Source: Candidatus Poribacteria bacterium (GTDB taxonomy: Bacteria; Poribacteria; WGA-4E; WGA-3G). Taken from it: a DNA stretch of 64,000 bases. The position numbers were made by a program, and so were the translations under genes. The DNA lies in assembly GCA_965215265.1 (NCBI GenBank), contig OZ244048.1, positions 2,880,001 through 2,944,000 of the forward strand. Direction: 5' to 3'. Each line of letters opens with the position of its first letter. The first letter of the stretch is position 1. Positions 48,516 through 59,048 of this stretch are shown piece after piece. The notes beneath the pieces are model-generated. The model was given only the letters and a program-made list of their open reading frames with translations. It was not told the DNA's origin and made no database searches.

Positions 48516-49754
48516 TCAATCTAACAATTCCTCATAAATTCCGCGTATGTTTTCGACCTGTGCTTCAATACCAAACGTTTCTTCAGCACGCTTTCTGGCA
48601 GCTTTGCCGGCTTGTGTGCAAAACTGTGGCATTTTAGCGAGGTGAACAATTCGACTTGCGATTGCCTCAACGCCGCGTGTTTCTCTTGCTCCGGTAGGGA
48701 GTGGTATTACCCAGCCTGTGACACCGTCGACAATCATGTCGAGAGTGCTGCCAATAGGAGTTCCGATGACCGGTTTCCCGGATGCCATCGCTTCCGCAAT
48801 GACACTGCCTGCTGAAAGCGTAACGAGCAGATCTAACTCTTGCATCGCCTGCGGCATATCGTTCCGATGTCCCATGAAGTAAAAAAACTGAGCGAACTGA
48901 GAATCGTGCGCGCCTTGCGCTGCGATATTGCGCTGTGCCACTAATTGGTGAACTTCACGTTCATACGCGCGATGCTTAAGTGTATCTAATGCTGCACCAA
49001 TGATATGAAAACGCAAGGGAGGGGGTAACTTGCAGGTGCTGTTTGCAGAAACCTCCCACTGTCTAATAGCATGGGATGCTATCTCAACAAACGTTTTTTG
49101 CCGTTTAAAGGGTTCAATTCTGCCTACTATGCCGACAATGAACTCCTTTTTGCAAGGCGTAAGGTTACTCGACGAAGGGCGGAAAACGGATAAGTCAACA
49201 CAATTTAGGATAACATTAACCTTTTTTGCATCAATTCCAGCTTGGAGGAGGGGTGCTCTGCTCTGTTCAGAAATAGCGATAATGCGGTTCATCTGGTGGA
49301 ACCCGTATTTTCGGACCTGCTTGGCGGTGAGGATGTTACGCACGTGTGAAATAATAGGAATGCTTAACTGCTGTCTGACGTACCATGCATAAGGATTCAG
49401 CCAAGAATCAGAAGTATGCACCAATTGCGCGTTGTTTGTGCGCGCTATGTTCACCAATTTTGTGGCAGCTCTATATCGCGCGAAGAGCGATTTCGTTTTT
49501 CGCCATGGTGGCAGGTTGAGAATCAACGTGGAAATACCAGCGTGTCTGAGTTGCTCAGCGAAAATGCCGTCATCAGGACAAACAACGAGCGGATGATAAC
49601 GTTCCCGATTCATATTTGTGACGAGATAGTAGAGCTGCTTCTCGCCACCGCCGACGCTGGAACCGCAATGGCTGAGATAAAGAATAGAAATTAAGTCTGT
49701 CGGATGCTTCAAAATAGGCTTGTATAAGTATGAATGCCGGGGACATCTAAACAA
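48516..49754 (-). CDS. Glycosyltransferase family 4
   Basis: GGGEKQL, VGRIEPFKR, EAMASGKPVI. Start uncertain. Confidence 0.88.
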   Translation of the reverse strand: MFRCPRHSYLYKPILKHPTDLISILYLSHCGSSVGGGEKQLYYLVTNMNRERYHPLVVCPDDGIFAEQLRHAGISTLILNLPPWRKTKSLFARYRAATKLVNIARTNNAQLVHTSDSWLNPYAWYVRQQLSIPIISHVRNILTAKQVRKYGFHQMNRIIAISEQSRAPLLQAGIDAKKVNVILNCVDLSVFRPSSSNLTPCKKEFIVGIVGRIEPFKRQKTFVEIASHAIRQWEVSANSTCKLPPPLRFHIIGAALDTLKHRAYEREVHQLVAQRNIAAQGAHDSQFAQFFYFMGHRNDMPQAMQELDLLVTLSAGSVIAEAMASGKPVIGTPIGSTLDMIVDGVTGWVIPLPTGARETRGVEAIASRIVHLAKMPQFCTQAGKAARKRAEETFGIEAQVENIRGIYEELLD

Positions 49755-49854
49755 CTCAATCTACTCTCTCCCCGGCAAAAAAGTTTATTGTAAGATAGGT
49801 ACGAAACACGGCTTATTGCTTGACTAGATGCGCTGTTTATGAATAAGGAACAAG

Positions 49855-50850
49855 TTAAACAGGGAAAATTAGTTGCTGATCTAAGAATACTTGGCTAACA
49901 GAGCGGTGGCTGTGAATCCGTAGAATAGCCTCAGCAAGAAGAGGAGCAATAGAAAGTACTTTGATTTTACCATTCAGTTGTTTTTCCTGCGGAATAGGGT
50001 TGGTATTGGTAGTGACGACTTCTCGTATTGCTGGATGTTTAAGCCGCTCTAATGCTGGGCCAACTAGGACAGCGTGTGCAATGCTAATATACGCTGGATT
50101 TGCCCCTGCTGCTGTTAGTGCTTTCGCTTGTTGATAGATGCTGCCTCCGGTGGCGATTTCATCGTCAATAACAATAGGTGTTTTTCCTGAAACGTCGCCA
50201 ACGAGTTCCACAAATTCAACCCGTTGGCCATCCACTCCACTCCGTCGCTTGTGCATGATAGCTAACGGCAAACTGAGGATATCGGCGTATTTCTCAGCGA
50301 GTTTCGCTCGTCCGGCATCCGGTGCGACAACAACGCCATTTTCAACTTCTTTATCTTTAAAATAATTTGCTAACGTTGTAACAGCTGTCAGATGATCGAG
50401 TGGGATATCAAAGAAGGCTTGGATCTGCGGGACGTGCAAATCGATGGCGATAATTCGATTTGCCCCGGCGGTCGTCAAAAGATTCGCGACGAGTTTAGCG
50501 CTAATGGGTTCTCGTCCGGTTGTTTTGTGATCTTGGCGTGCATAGCCAAAGTAGGGTATAATAGCGGTAATCTGCCGGGCAGATGCCCGTTTCATAGCAT
50601 CAATGGTAATGAGCAATTCCATTAAGTACTCGTTCGCGGGTTGGCACGTCGGTTGAACAAGGTAGATATCTGTCCCGCGTATACTTTCCTCGATCTGAAC
50701 CCGGGTTTCGCTGTTTGGGAAGGGGCCAATGGAGATCTTCCCGAGTTCAACACCTAAAATTGCCGAGATCTCTTGCGCTAATGCCGGGTTGGCGCGCCCG
50801 GCGAACAGCCGAAAATCGTGGCGCACTTTCTGTTCAGTTACTGTTGCCAT
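49855..50850 (-). CDS. prs: Ribose-phosphate pyrophosphokinase
   Basis: PYFGYARQD, DLH, APDAG, DDEIATGGS. Confidence 0.95.
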   Translation of the reverse strand: MATVTEQKVRHDFRLFAGRANPALAQEISAILGVELGKISIGPFPNSETRVQIEESIRGTDIYLVQPTCQPANEYLMELLITIDAMKRASARQITAIIPYFGYARQDHKTTGREPISAKLVANLLTTAGANRIIAIDLHVPQIQAFFDIPLDHLTAVTTLANYFKDKEVENGVVVAPDAGRAKLAEKYADILSLPLAIMHKRRSGVDGQRVEFVELVGDVSGKTPIVIDDEIATGGSIYQQAKALTAAGANPAYISIAHAVLVGPALERLKHPAIREVVTTNTNPIPQEKQLNGKIKVLSIAPLLAEAILRIHSHRSVSQVFLDQQLIFPV

Positions 50851-50867
50851 GCTCAAATCTCCGTGGT

Positions 50868-52487
50868 TTATAAAAGTGAATCTCCCGTCATCTCTATAGG
50901 TTGTGCTAATCCGAGTAATCGGAGGACAGTAGGCGCGATATCAGCAAGTCTCCCTCCTGTTCGGAGTTCGCCTCCCTTGAATTGGTTATCAACAAGGATG
51001 AGTTCAACGTCGTAAGTCGTATGAGCAGTGTGAATACCGCCTGTCTTGGGTTCTATCATCTGTTCACAGTTACCGTGGTCGGCAGTGACGATAATCGTGC
51101 CGCCCTTTTTAAGAACAGCCTTAACAATTTCTCCCATGCCGGTATCAACAGCCTCAACCGCTTTGATTGAAGCCTCAAGCGAGCCTGTATGTCCTACCAT
51201 GTCGCTATTAGCGTAGTTAAGAACCATCAAATCATATTTATCACTCGCGATTCGGCGTAACATCTCGGCTGTCACGCCCGGTGCGGACATCTCAGGTTTC
51301 AAGTCATAGGTAGTGACATCGCGCGGTGACGGAATAATCAGCCGTTCTTCCCCTGGATAAGGTTCGTCTTGGTAATCGTTAAAAAAGAACGTAACATGCG
51401 GAAATTTTTCGGTTTCAGCGCATCGAAATTGCGTCAAGCCTGCCTGACTGGCATAAGCCCCGAGCGTGTTCACCATTTTTGGTGGTTTTTTTATCGCCGC
51501 TTCAACTGGGAGCCCTCGTTCATACTCGGTCATCGTGACAAACTTAACGTTAATTTTGCGATTTCGTTTAAAACCCATTTGCCTTGTGATTCCGTCTTTT
51601 CCTTCCCCTTCGAACGGAAACGTATCTAAGCAAAAGGCTTTAGAGAGTTCTCTCGGCCGGTCACCTCGGAAGTTGTAGAAAATGACGGCATCTCTATCCG
51701 AAATCCGTGGGAGCGGTGTGCCATTTCTATCAACAATCACAGTAGGACGTATGAATTCGTCCCCTTTCCGGTTTGCGTCATCCGGATTTTCATAGTATCG
51801 GCGGTAAGCGTCTCTGGCAGTGGTTGTGCTTTCATCGGCACCTTCAGTTAGGAGGCTATACGCGACCTCAACCCTTTCCCACCGATCGTCCCTGTCCATG
51901 GCGTAGTAACGTCCGACAACGGAGGCGATCCGTCCGATACCGATTTCTTTCAGCTTCGCCTCAATCTGCTCGCAAAATTGGATTCCAAGGTCGGGTTGGC
52001 AGTCGCGGCCATCACTAAAGTTGTGAATGAGCACCTGATCTGCTTTGAGGCCATGCTCCTTAGCAAGCGTCAAAAGTCCGTAGAGATGCTCAAGCGAGCT
52101 GTGTACACCTGCATCACTCGCCAATCCGATGAGATGCAAGTGCGTTGCGTTGTTTTTAACATGCGCGAACGTGTCTAAAATTATCTCATTTTGAGCGAAT
52201 TCTCCGCTACGCATCATGTTACTGATGCGTAGTAGTTCCTGATTGACGATACGTCCCGCACCGATGTTCTGGTGTCCGACTTCGCTGTTGCCGATAACAC
52301 CTGCCGGCAAGCCTACATCCTCACCGGAAGTATGGATAAGGCAGTGCGGATAAGTCTGCTGCAGCCAATCATCCACAGGCGTCTTAGCTAGGTAAACTGC
52401 ATTCGCTTTGTTCCACTCGGGATACGGGTTATGTCCCCAGCCGTCTCGAATGATGAGCACGACAGGACGTTTTGAGGGTTCTCTCAA
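50868..52487 (-). CDS. gpmI: 2,3-bisphosphoglycerate-independent phosphoglycerate mutase
   Basis: GNSEVGH, GRYYAMDRD, AETEK, DMVGHTG, TADHGN. Confidence 0.96.
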   Translation of the reverse strand: MREPSKRPVVLIIRDGWGHNPYPEWNKANAVYLAKTPVDDWLQQTYPHCLIHTSGEDVGLPAGVIGNSEVGHQNIGAGRIVNQELLRISNMMRSGEFAQNEIILDTFAHVKNNATHLHLIGLASDAGVHSSLEHLYGLLTLAKEHGLKADQVLIHNFSDGRDCQPDLGIQFCEQIEAKLKEIGIGRIASVVGRYYAMDRDDRWERVEVAYSLLTEGADESTTTARDAYRRYYENPDDANRKGDEFIRPTVIVDRNGTPLPRISDRDAVIFYNFRGDRPRELSKAFCLDTFPFEGEGKDGITRQMGFKRNRKINVKFVTMTEYERGLPVEAAIKKPPKMVNTLGAYASQAGLTQFRCAETEKFPHVTFFFNDYQDEPYPGEERLIIPSPRDVTTYDLKPEMSAPGVTAEMLRRIASDKYDLMVLNYANSDMVGHTGSLEASIKAVEAVDTGMGEIVKAVLKKGGTIIVTADHGNCEQMIEPKTGGIHTAHTTYDVELILVDNQFKGGELRTGGRLADIAPTVLRLLGLAQPIEMTGDSLL

Positions 52488-52697
52488 TAGAATTTCTTCC
52501 TTCCCCTATTCAACGGGTTTAGTCAAACCCATCTATAGATTTTTATTGCATTTTTTATCAAACATGTCATAACATTTTGGCGGGCGATGGAATTCAATTG
52601 AATTCCTGTTCTGACGAGCCTTGCAATATTCTTATCAAATTATTTTATCAGATTTGGGTGTAGTTTGCAAGCCCATGTAAAAATATGGAGGATTGAG

Positions 52698-52925
52698 GTG
52701 CCTTGCAAGGCTATTTTTATTACTGTATTTTTGGAAACAGCGTTAGTTGTGATTGCACTGGTTTTCAACGCCAAACGTCCTATTGCTGTTATTCATCAGT
52801 TTAAGCGAAGCAAGCACGCGAGTGAGGGGTTAAAGGTGCCGTCGACCGGCCAGCGAATCAATTGGGGATGCTGGACTGCCAAAGTGCAATTGAAGTTGGA
52901 TGTTTAGGCTGCCATGAGAAACGAT
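52698..52925 (+). pseudogene. Possible decayed c-type cytochrome remnant
   Basis: GGAGG-led TM segment and HQFKRSKHA, with CLGCH (CxxCH) in another frame. Confidence 0.35.
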
Positions 52926-53246
52926 TTTTCACTTTCTGCTTAGTAGTGTTAGATGTGGAACTGATAGTTGGAATTGCAGGCTTTTACTTTCATCTGTCAG
53001 CAGGATTCATTGAACAAGGGTCTGCCTCTATTAAATGGCGGCTGTGACATAACCATCTTATTAGATGGGCTACGCTATAGGGTAACAGTATTTGCCTCGT
53101 TGCTATTCTCAATCTCTGCGTTTTGAGAATGCATGGGATTTGGCAGCTGAATAGATGCCCCTAATCCGGAATACCTGCTCCTATTCTGTTTGTATCAAGA
53201 GGCATCTATTTTGTGGAACAGCGGAATATAGCAAGAGTACTCCGTC

Positions 53247-54053
53247 CTATCTTGCTTTTATTTTTCCCCAAGTCGTCGTAAGTTTCCCACTCGCTTGCAC
53301 AGCTTGAGGGGTATCCATGACTATTTGGATATCGGCTTCACTCAATGTTTTCTCGTAAAGCCGTACCTCGTCAATTTTGCCGGGGAAGTGGTCTGTCGGT
53401 CTACCGAAGTCATCTCCGCCAATCCACAGTTCGAGGGCTGACGGGGCGATAGGGACGTTATTCGCCGCCTCGCCTTCTAACTCACCATTGATGTAAACCT
53501 TCATAGTTTTGCCATCAAACGTTCCAGCGAAGTGATACCATTCGCCAACCTTCCAATCTGTTGTTGTAGATTCAGCAAACGTATTGTTCGGCTTAACCAG
53601 AAAATCGATGCTGTCCTTGTTGCCGAAATCAAAAATAACGAAGATAGAGTCGTTTTTCACCATCAAGCGTCGGCTGGTGAGGACATCATCCGGACTAAAC
53701 CATGCCATAAAGGTAATATTTTCCTCAATTGCAAACGCAGCATTGTCGGCGACAACGACGAGGTCTTCTTCACCGTCAAATTCTAATGCAGTGCCGAATT
53801 TACCGTCTACCCACTTTGGTGCACCAACAAAATCGCCGTCATGTCCGTTACCGGTGACATCTTCAGCCTTTTTCCCTGTTCCTTCGTCAAATGGCCAGTA
53901 GGCGACGAGCCCTTCTTCTGCAACGTTGGCGGTGCTAATACTAGTCACTATGAAAAGTGAGCAAAAAAACAGGGCAAAACGCTTAAAACGTAGCTTGCAA
54001 GCCCCTATTGTAACAAAAATGGAGGCTGCAAACCTATATTGACGTATGTGCAT
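53247..54053 (-). CDS. Secreted LamG domain protein with GKLTTTWGKIK tail
   Basis: YWPFDEGTG, GKFGTALEFDG, WYHFAGTFDG, GKIDEVRLY. Confidence 0.9.
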   Translation of the reverse strand: MHIRQYRFAASIFVTIGACKLRFKRFALFFCSLFIVTSISTANVAEEGLVAYWPFDEGTGKKAEDVTGNGHDGDFVGAPKWVDGKFGTALEFDGEEDLVVVADNAAFAIEENITFMAWFSPDDVLTSRRLMVKNDSIFVIFDFGNKDSIDFLVKPNNTFAESTTTDWKVGEWYHFAGTFDGKTMKVYINGELEGEAANNVPIAPSALELWIGGDDFGRPTDHFPGKIDEVRLYEKTLSEADIQIVMDTPQAVQASGKLTTTWGKIKAR

Positions 54054-54239
54054 CGTGATTTCTCCTCTTTAGGTTTTGATTCTCAAATACACTGGTATTA
54101 TAACATATTTTCGCTTACGAGGGCTATAAAATTGCAGCGTCATTCTGTATCAAGAGGTATTCGTATATAGTATGCTTTCTGACTAAGAATCCTTGCTGCG
54201 CTCTTTAGGGGAGGTAGTCCTATTGTAATAGGAAATGTG

Positions 54240-54926
54240 CTACATTGGACGTTCAATAGACCAGTGCCGGTCGGTGCTTCGAACAACGACGGCTCTGGGT
54301 AAATTCACCTGTGAGAGCATCTCATTGACTTCAGAAAGGGTAAAGGCAGCAAGATATGAATCGTAATAGAGTTGTTGTTGGTAGGGTGTATCATCAGTCG
54401 CGTATCGCGCAACAAAAACTTCTGCTGCTTCTGGTGTTTCCGGACGAATCAGGTCACGGATTAAAACTAAGCCTTTTGGCTTGATGACTCGACTCATCTC
54501 TTGGAGCGCACGCATCGGTTCATGGATGTGATGCATAATGCTATTGGAAATGAGCCCATCAAAGGTATTATCGGGGTATGGCAGAGCCTTGGCATCGACG
54601 TACTCAAGGGTTATGCGATCAGTGAGTTCTGCATTTGCAACGTGGCGTTTCGCTATTTTTAGCATCTCTGCGGAAAGATCAATTGCAGTAATTTGTAGGC
54701 TGGGGCATCGCAAGGCAAGTAGGATAGGAATCTGCGCGGGCCCGGTACCAACATCTAGGAATTGCAGGATCGGCAAACTCTGTGCTGCATCGTGTCCTCT
54801 GCTGTTGGTACCGAGTGCTATAACGCGTTCAACGAAGGCATTATCAACCTCGCCGTGTCCCATGGCATCGTAAGCCTCAGCGGCTTCCGCAGTGTCCATA
54901 ACTTCTGGTTCTAAGATTCGGTTCAT
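54240..54926 (-). CDS. Class I SAM-dependent methyltransferase
   Basis: LDVGTGPA, IDLSAEML, LPYPDNTFD. Confidence 0.9.
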   Translation of the reverse strand: MNRILEPEVMDTAEAAEAYDAMGHGEVDNAFVERVIALGTNSRGHDAAQSLPILQFLDVGTGPAQIPILLALRCPSLQITAIDLSAEMLKIAKRHVANAELTDRITLEYVDAKALPYPDNTFDGLISNSIMHHIHEPMRALQEMSRVIKPKGLVLIRDLIRPETPEAAEVFVARYATDDTPYQQQLYYDSYLAAFTLSEVNEMLSQVNLPRAVVVRSTDRHWSIERPM

Positions 54927-55710
54927 GTTTCAATTCCGTGATGAATTCACTGACGGTACGAGCGTTGTCGCGAATCTGGTCTGGTTGAAACTTAGTGTAC
55001 ATGCCAACCGCCATTGCATCGCTCGGTTTCAGGCTTTCAAGTGCAAATTGAAATGCCGCGGACGGTTCATTTCTACCTGCAGCCAACACTTTTATACCGA
55101 TGACGGGTAGCGGTATTGATCGTATGGCATCGAGTGCCTGTGCCCGGTCATTCGGCAGATACAATTCTCTGTGACGTGTATGATTATACAATGCACAGAC
55201 ATAAAAATCAACGTCATAGTTTTCAGCATAACAGTGTTTAAGGATTTCCGGATCATGCGTGCCGATGCCAGCTGCACATCCGAAGTCCCTTATGCGGGCG
55301 AGATTGTCGCGCAGTGAGGAAAGTCTGTCTTGTGCGTAGAGTTTATCAGTTGTGCCCCCGTGATGGTAGATGGCAATCGGTTTGTAGCGTGCGATAATCT
55401 CAAGGTATTCCTTAAGTTCTGCGTATTCTGTATCCTTTGGCGTTTGTGCTATCCACTGAATTGTGCCTCCTGTGTTGCGATATTCGTTGAGGGTGCGCAT
55501 GATATGTCTGTCTGCACGGGCAAGGAGTGTGTTAATACCGGACTGCTCTGCCTGCTGCAGATCTGCACAAATTTGGCGAGTTGTATAGTAATCCTCCATC
55601 TCTTGCGATTTTGCCGCGGAGTGATGCGATATACCGCTATACGGATTACCTCCGATAATGAGGCGCGTGACGCGATGGGATGCGATGGAAATTGTGGGTA
55701 GTTTCATCAT
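54877..55710 (-). CDS. Aldo/keto-reductase-like TIM-barrel protein
   Basis: VTRLIIGGNP, IKVLAAGR. Confidence 0.7.
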   Translation of the reverse strand: MMKLPTISIASHRVTRLIIGGNPYSGISHHSAAKSQEMEDYYTTRQICADLQQAEQSGINTLLARADRHIMRTLNEYRNTGGTIQWIAQTPKDTEYAELKEYLEIIARYKPIAIYHHGGTTDKLYAQDRLSSLRDNLARIRDFGCAAGIGTHDPEILKHCYAENYDVDFYVCALYNHTRHRELYLPNDRAQALDAIRSIPLPVIGIKVLAAGRNEPSAAFQFALESLKPSDAMAVGMYTKFQPDQIRDNARTVSEFITELKHEPNLRTRSYGHCGSR

Positions 55711-56039
55711 TTTATTTGGTTGGACGTGTGCTTCATTTTTGCTGAATGTTAAGATGAAGCATAAATAGCACGCCGATTCGGTTTATTTCCGGATGAGCAT
55801 TTTACTTTTAATTGAAAATCCCTTAAGGAGAGACAGCCCTGTGCTCAGGTTGTTACAATTTTATTATTTGCGGAAATCGCGAGGAATTCGCCTCTCATAG
55901 CTTGCTTAATTTCTTGTTCACTATGATTTGAGGCTCTTTATAGGTAAAGCAATTTATATGCCAATTACCCTACAAGAGAGGTTCACTTTAGGGGGACATT
56001 TTAGTATATTTAAGCACAACAAGACTGATTTTATGAACA

Positions 56040-56340
56040 ACCTCGCACAAATCTCGTCTGAGCCCTTCGATGTTACGAATCAAAACATAAGAACCCTCTA
56101 GCGCGATTTGAAAAAAGATAAACAAAAGATCAATGAGTAACGTGCTGAAAGATATGAAAACACAAATCGCGTCTGAGCTCTTCGATGTTATGAATCTAAA
56201 CATCAGAACCCTCCGACGAGATTTGTAAAGGATTTACACAACATTGATTGGTGTTGTGCAGAGATATACAAAAAGACGAGATTTGTAAAAGTTTATCAAA
56301 ACGGCAATGGATATTGTGCTGAAAGATACGAAAAAATTGC
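56040..56340. repeat. Cluster of the palindromic/60-bp intergenic repeat family
   Basis: Two ACAAATC(T/G)CG..GATG..CAT..CG(A/C)GATTTG hairpins, with CGAGATTTGTAAA recurring 60 bp apart. Further partial copies lie at ~56545 and ~58995. Confidence 0.7.
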
Positions 56341-56633
56341 CCGGACCTGGACGTTCAGTAGATGTTACTGCACGAAATGGGGCAAAGTGCGAAATATGTT
56401 GCACAAATTTGTGCAGCCAGAGAAATTTTTGAGAGATTTCTACTGTAGTGGGAGTTGTAGAAGACTGCTATTCATATTGCGGCACTAGAATCGACGACAA
56501 TTAAATTTGAATCATAACATCAAAGGATTTGGGTGGGCGGGCGGCGAGATTTGTAAAAGTTTTAACATCACATTAAACTTTTATTGTGCAGCACCATACG
56601 AAAAAGAGCGAAAATCACATTTTACCTCACGCC

Positions 56634-56945
56634 TCAGGTGTAGACGCGAACCTTAATATCCTCATTTTCCACGATAACTGGATAAGTTCTAATTCGCAAG
56701 CGCGAATCAGTTTGACAGTCACCAGTTTTCGTGTCATAGGCGTACCCGTGGACGGGACATACGGCGATGCCATTCCGTATTCTACCTTTGCCGAGGGAGC
56801 CCAGCGCGTGCGGACAGGTATTGTCTACAGCGCAAAATGCGCCCTGCTCTTTGAAAATAGCGATTCTTCTACCACTGACGTTGAACGTTTTACCGCGTCC
56901 TTCTCGAATCTTAGATGTTTTCGTAACGGTGATGTAGTCTGACAT
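56634..56945 (-). CDS. Rieske (2Fe-2S) ferredoxin
   Basis: CPH..CPVH. Confidence 0.9.
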   Translation of the reverse strand: MSDYITVTKTSKIREGRGKTFNVSGRRIAIFKEQGAFCAVDNTCPHALGSLGKGRIRNGIAVCPVHGYAYDTKTGDCQTDSRLRIRTYPVIVENEDIKVRVYT

Positions 56946-56963
56946 TTTGAGAACTTCCTTTTT

Positions 56964-58715
56964 TTATTCTTTCACGCTGCCGAGGGTAATGCCCTGCACG
57001 AATTCACGTTGCATCGATAAAAAGAGAATCACTATGGGCAAAAGGGATAGAAGTGTGCCTGCCATCAACATCCCGTAATCTTGCCGATAGATGCCGATGA
57101 GATTTGCTAAGCCGATAGGTAACGTATATTTTGCCTCATCGCGTAAAATAATTAGGGGCCAGAGATACCCATTCCACGAACCCAGAAACGAGTAGATTGT
57201 TAATGCGCCCAGTGCCGGTTTGATAATCGGCAGCACAATCCGATAGTAAATTCCAAACTCTGAACAGCCATCAATGCGTGCCGCATCAAGCAGCTCGGTT
57301 GGAATGGAAACGATAAATTGTCGCATCAGAAACACCCCGAATGCCCCGACCGAAAATGGAATCACAATCGCTTTGTAACTATTAAGCCAGCCGATGTCGT
57401 ACATCAATCCAAACAACGGAACGAGCAGCACTTGGAAGGGCACCATCATCGAGGCGAGGAGGATGCTAAACAAAACCTTCTCGCCACGGAACCGATACTT
57501 GGCGAACGCGTAGCCACCGAGCGAACAAAAGAACAACGTCAATAGGGTTGACGATGTCGCAATGAAAACGCTGTTGATAAAGTAACGGTTATACGGCACC
57601 GTCTTCCATAGGTTCCGATAGTTGGAAGTAAATTTATCCCACACAATTGACAGATAGGATGGACGGTGAATTGTCAGTCGCAGAGACAACGTATTTTCAC
57701 TTGTAGAGCCAATTTGTTGAGCACGATTCTGGTCAGGCATCGGATGCATCCGAATGTGAGTCGATTCTAATTCACCAGGGATGCCGTGTAGCCGCCACAC
57801 TGTGTTTTCCCACAAGTGACTGTCTAAGACAAACGGTTGGCCCGGTTGATAAGTGGTTCCATTAACTGAAATCTCTAAAGCGAGTTGATGGTAAGACGCA
57901 TCGCCACGCACAGGGATTATAATAAGCCGGATCCGCTCCGGAGGAATATTAAGGGCACCGCCTTCAGAGTGCGACAAAGGCACCGTTGCTTTCAGATGAA
58001 CGTTGTTTTCCGCTCCGAAATCGTAGGAAAAACTTGCTACGGAGTCCGAATAAGTTGATTCACGGATGTCTCTTACAGCCGGAGAATCCGTTTCCCATTT
58101 TAGAGACGGAATCCGGGTTCGGTTGAAGTCTACATCCTCTATCTGAATGTTACCAACGGCTACCTCGCGGTAAATGGAATCCCAGATGGTGTTAACTGTT
58201 TCTGGAATAATGGCGTGGCGCACTTCAGTTACAACCGCAGGCAGGTTTTGTAAACTCGCGGTGCTTTCCCAGACCCCGCTTGGAAGGTTCGTGACGAGTT
58301 GTTCCCATATTCCCTCTATCATCTCAGTTTGAACGTCCAAATCCCGCTCGTAATGTGCCAATTGCGGATTTGCTGCAATATGCTGACTCGCTTCTTCCCA
58401 AATTACGCGTTCTAGTTCAGGCAGAAGTATTGCCCATGTATCTGCTTCTACAGCTTTCGGTTTCTGGATGGCCGGGTACGCGTCGTGGACGATGTACGGC
58501 GAAGATGCAATTCGCCGGGGCAGTTTGGGAAACAACTGAATCGGGACAGCAAAGATTTCATTTGCGGTTTTAAAAGAAGAAGTCAGCAGCCACAACAGTG
58601 GTATCATCGTGCAAAAGGCAGCACCTACTAAAAGGAGATAGCCGATAATTCTAAAAGTAGTGATATATGCTTGTGAACTTCGTAGTCCCGACCTTTGTTT
58701 GTTATTTTTGCGCAT
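56964..58715 (-). CDS. Carbohydrate ABC transporter permease (MalG-like) with a large extracytoplasmic insertion
   Basis: PLLWLLTSSFK, ELLDAARIDG (EAA loop), QREFVQGITLGSVK. Confidence 0.88.
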   Translation of the reverse strand: MRKNNKQRSGLRSSQAYITTFRIIGYLLLVGAAFCTMIPLLWLLTSSFKTANEIFAVPIQLFPKLPRRIASSPYIVHDAYPAIQKPKAVEADTWAILLPELERVIWEEASQHIAANPQLAHYERDLDVQTEMIEGIWEQLVTNLPSGVWESTASLQNLPAVVTEVRHAIIPETVNTIWDSIYREVAVGNIQIEDVDFNRTRIPSLKWETDSPAVRDIRESTYSDSVASFSYDFGAENNVHLKATVPLSHSEGGALNIPPERIRLIIIPVRGDASYHQLALEISVNGTTYQPGQPFVLDSHLWENTVWRLHGIPGELESTHIRMHPMPDQNRAQQIGSTSENTLSLRLTIHRPSYLSIVWDKFTSNYRNLWKTVPYNRYFINSVFIATSSTLLTLFFCSLGGYAFAKYRFRGEKVLFSILLASMMVPFQVLLVPLFGLMYDIGWLNSYKAIVIPFSVGAFGVFLMRQFIVSIPTELLDAARIDGCSEFGIYYRIVLPIIKPALGALTIYSFLGSWNGYLWPLIILRDEAKYTLPIGLANLIGIYRQDYGMLMAGTLLSLLPIVILFLSMQREFVQGITLGSVKE

Positions 58716-59048
58716 TGCTCTCTGTTTTAAGAAACGAATGTCTCTGGTGAAATTGTGAAACCTTCATTCACACCGAAGCTTCGTATTTGACGCTCGGATG
58801 AGATTATTCTATCAAAAGCACAAAAAACTGACAACTTTAAAACCTAATATTGACTCTAAAAGCGTGGGGTAGACATAACAATCACATTGTTTGCACGATT
58901 TTGCGGAGGACTCGCCCAAATACGACGTGCATTCGCGTTAATGATTTTCGTATGGTGCAGTACAATAAAGGTCGTTGTTGTGTTAATACCTGTATAAATC
59001 TCGTCGGAGACTACAAAGCGTCTTTATTGTGCTTAAATATACTAAATG

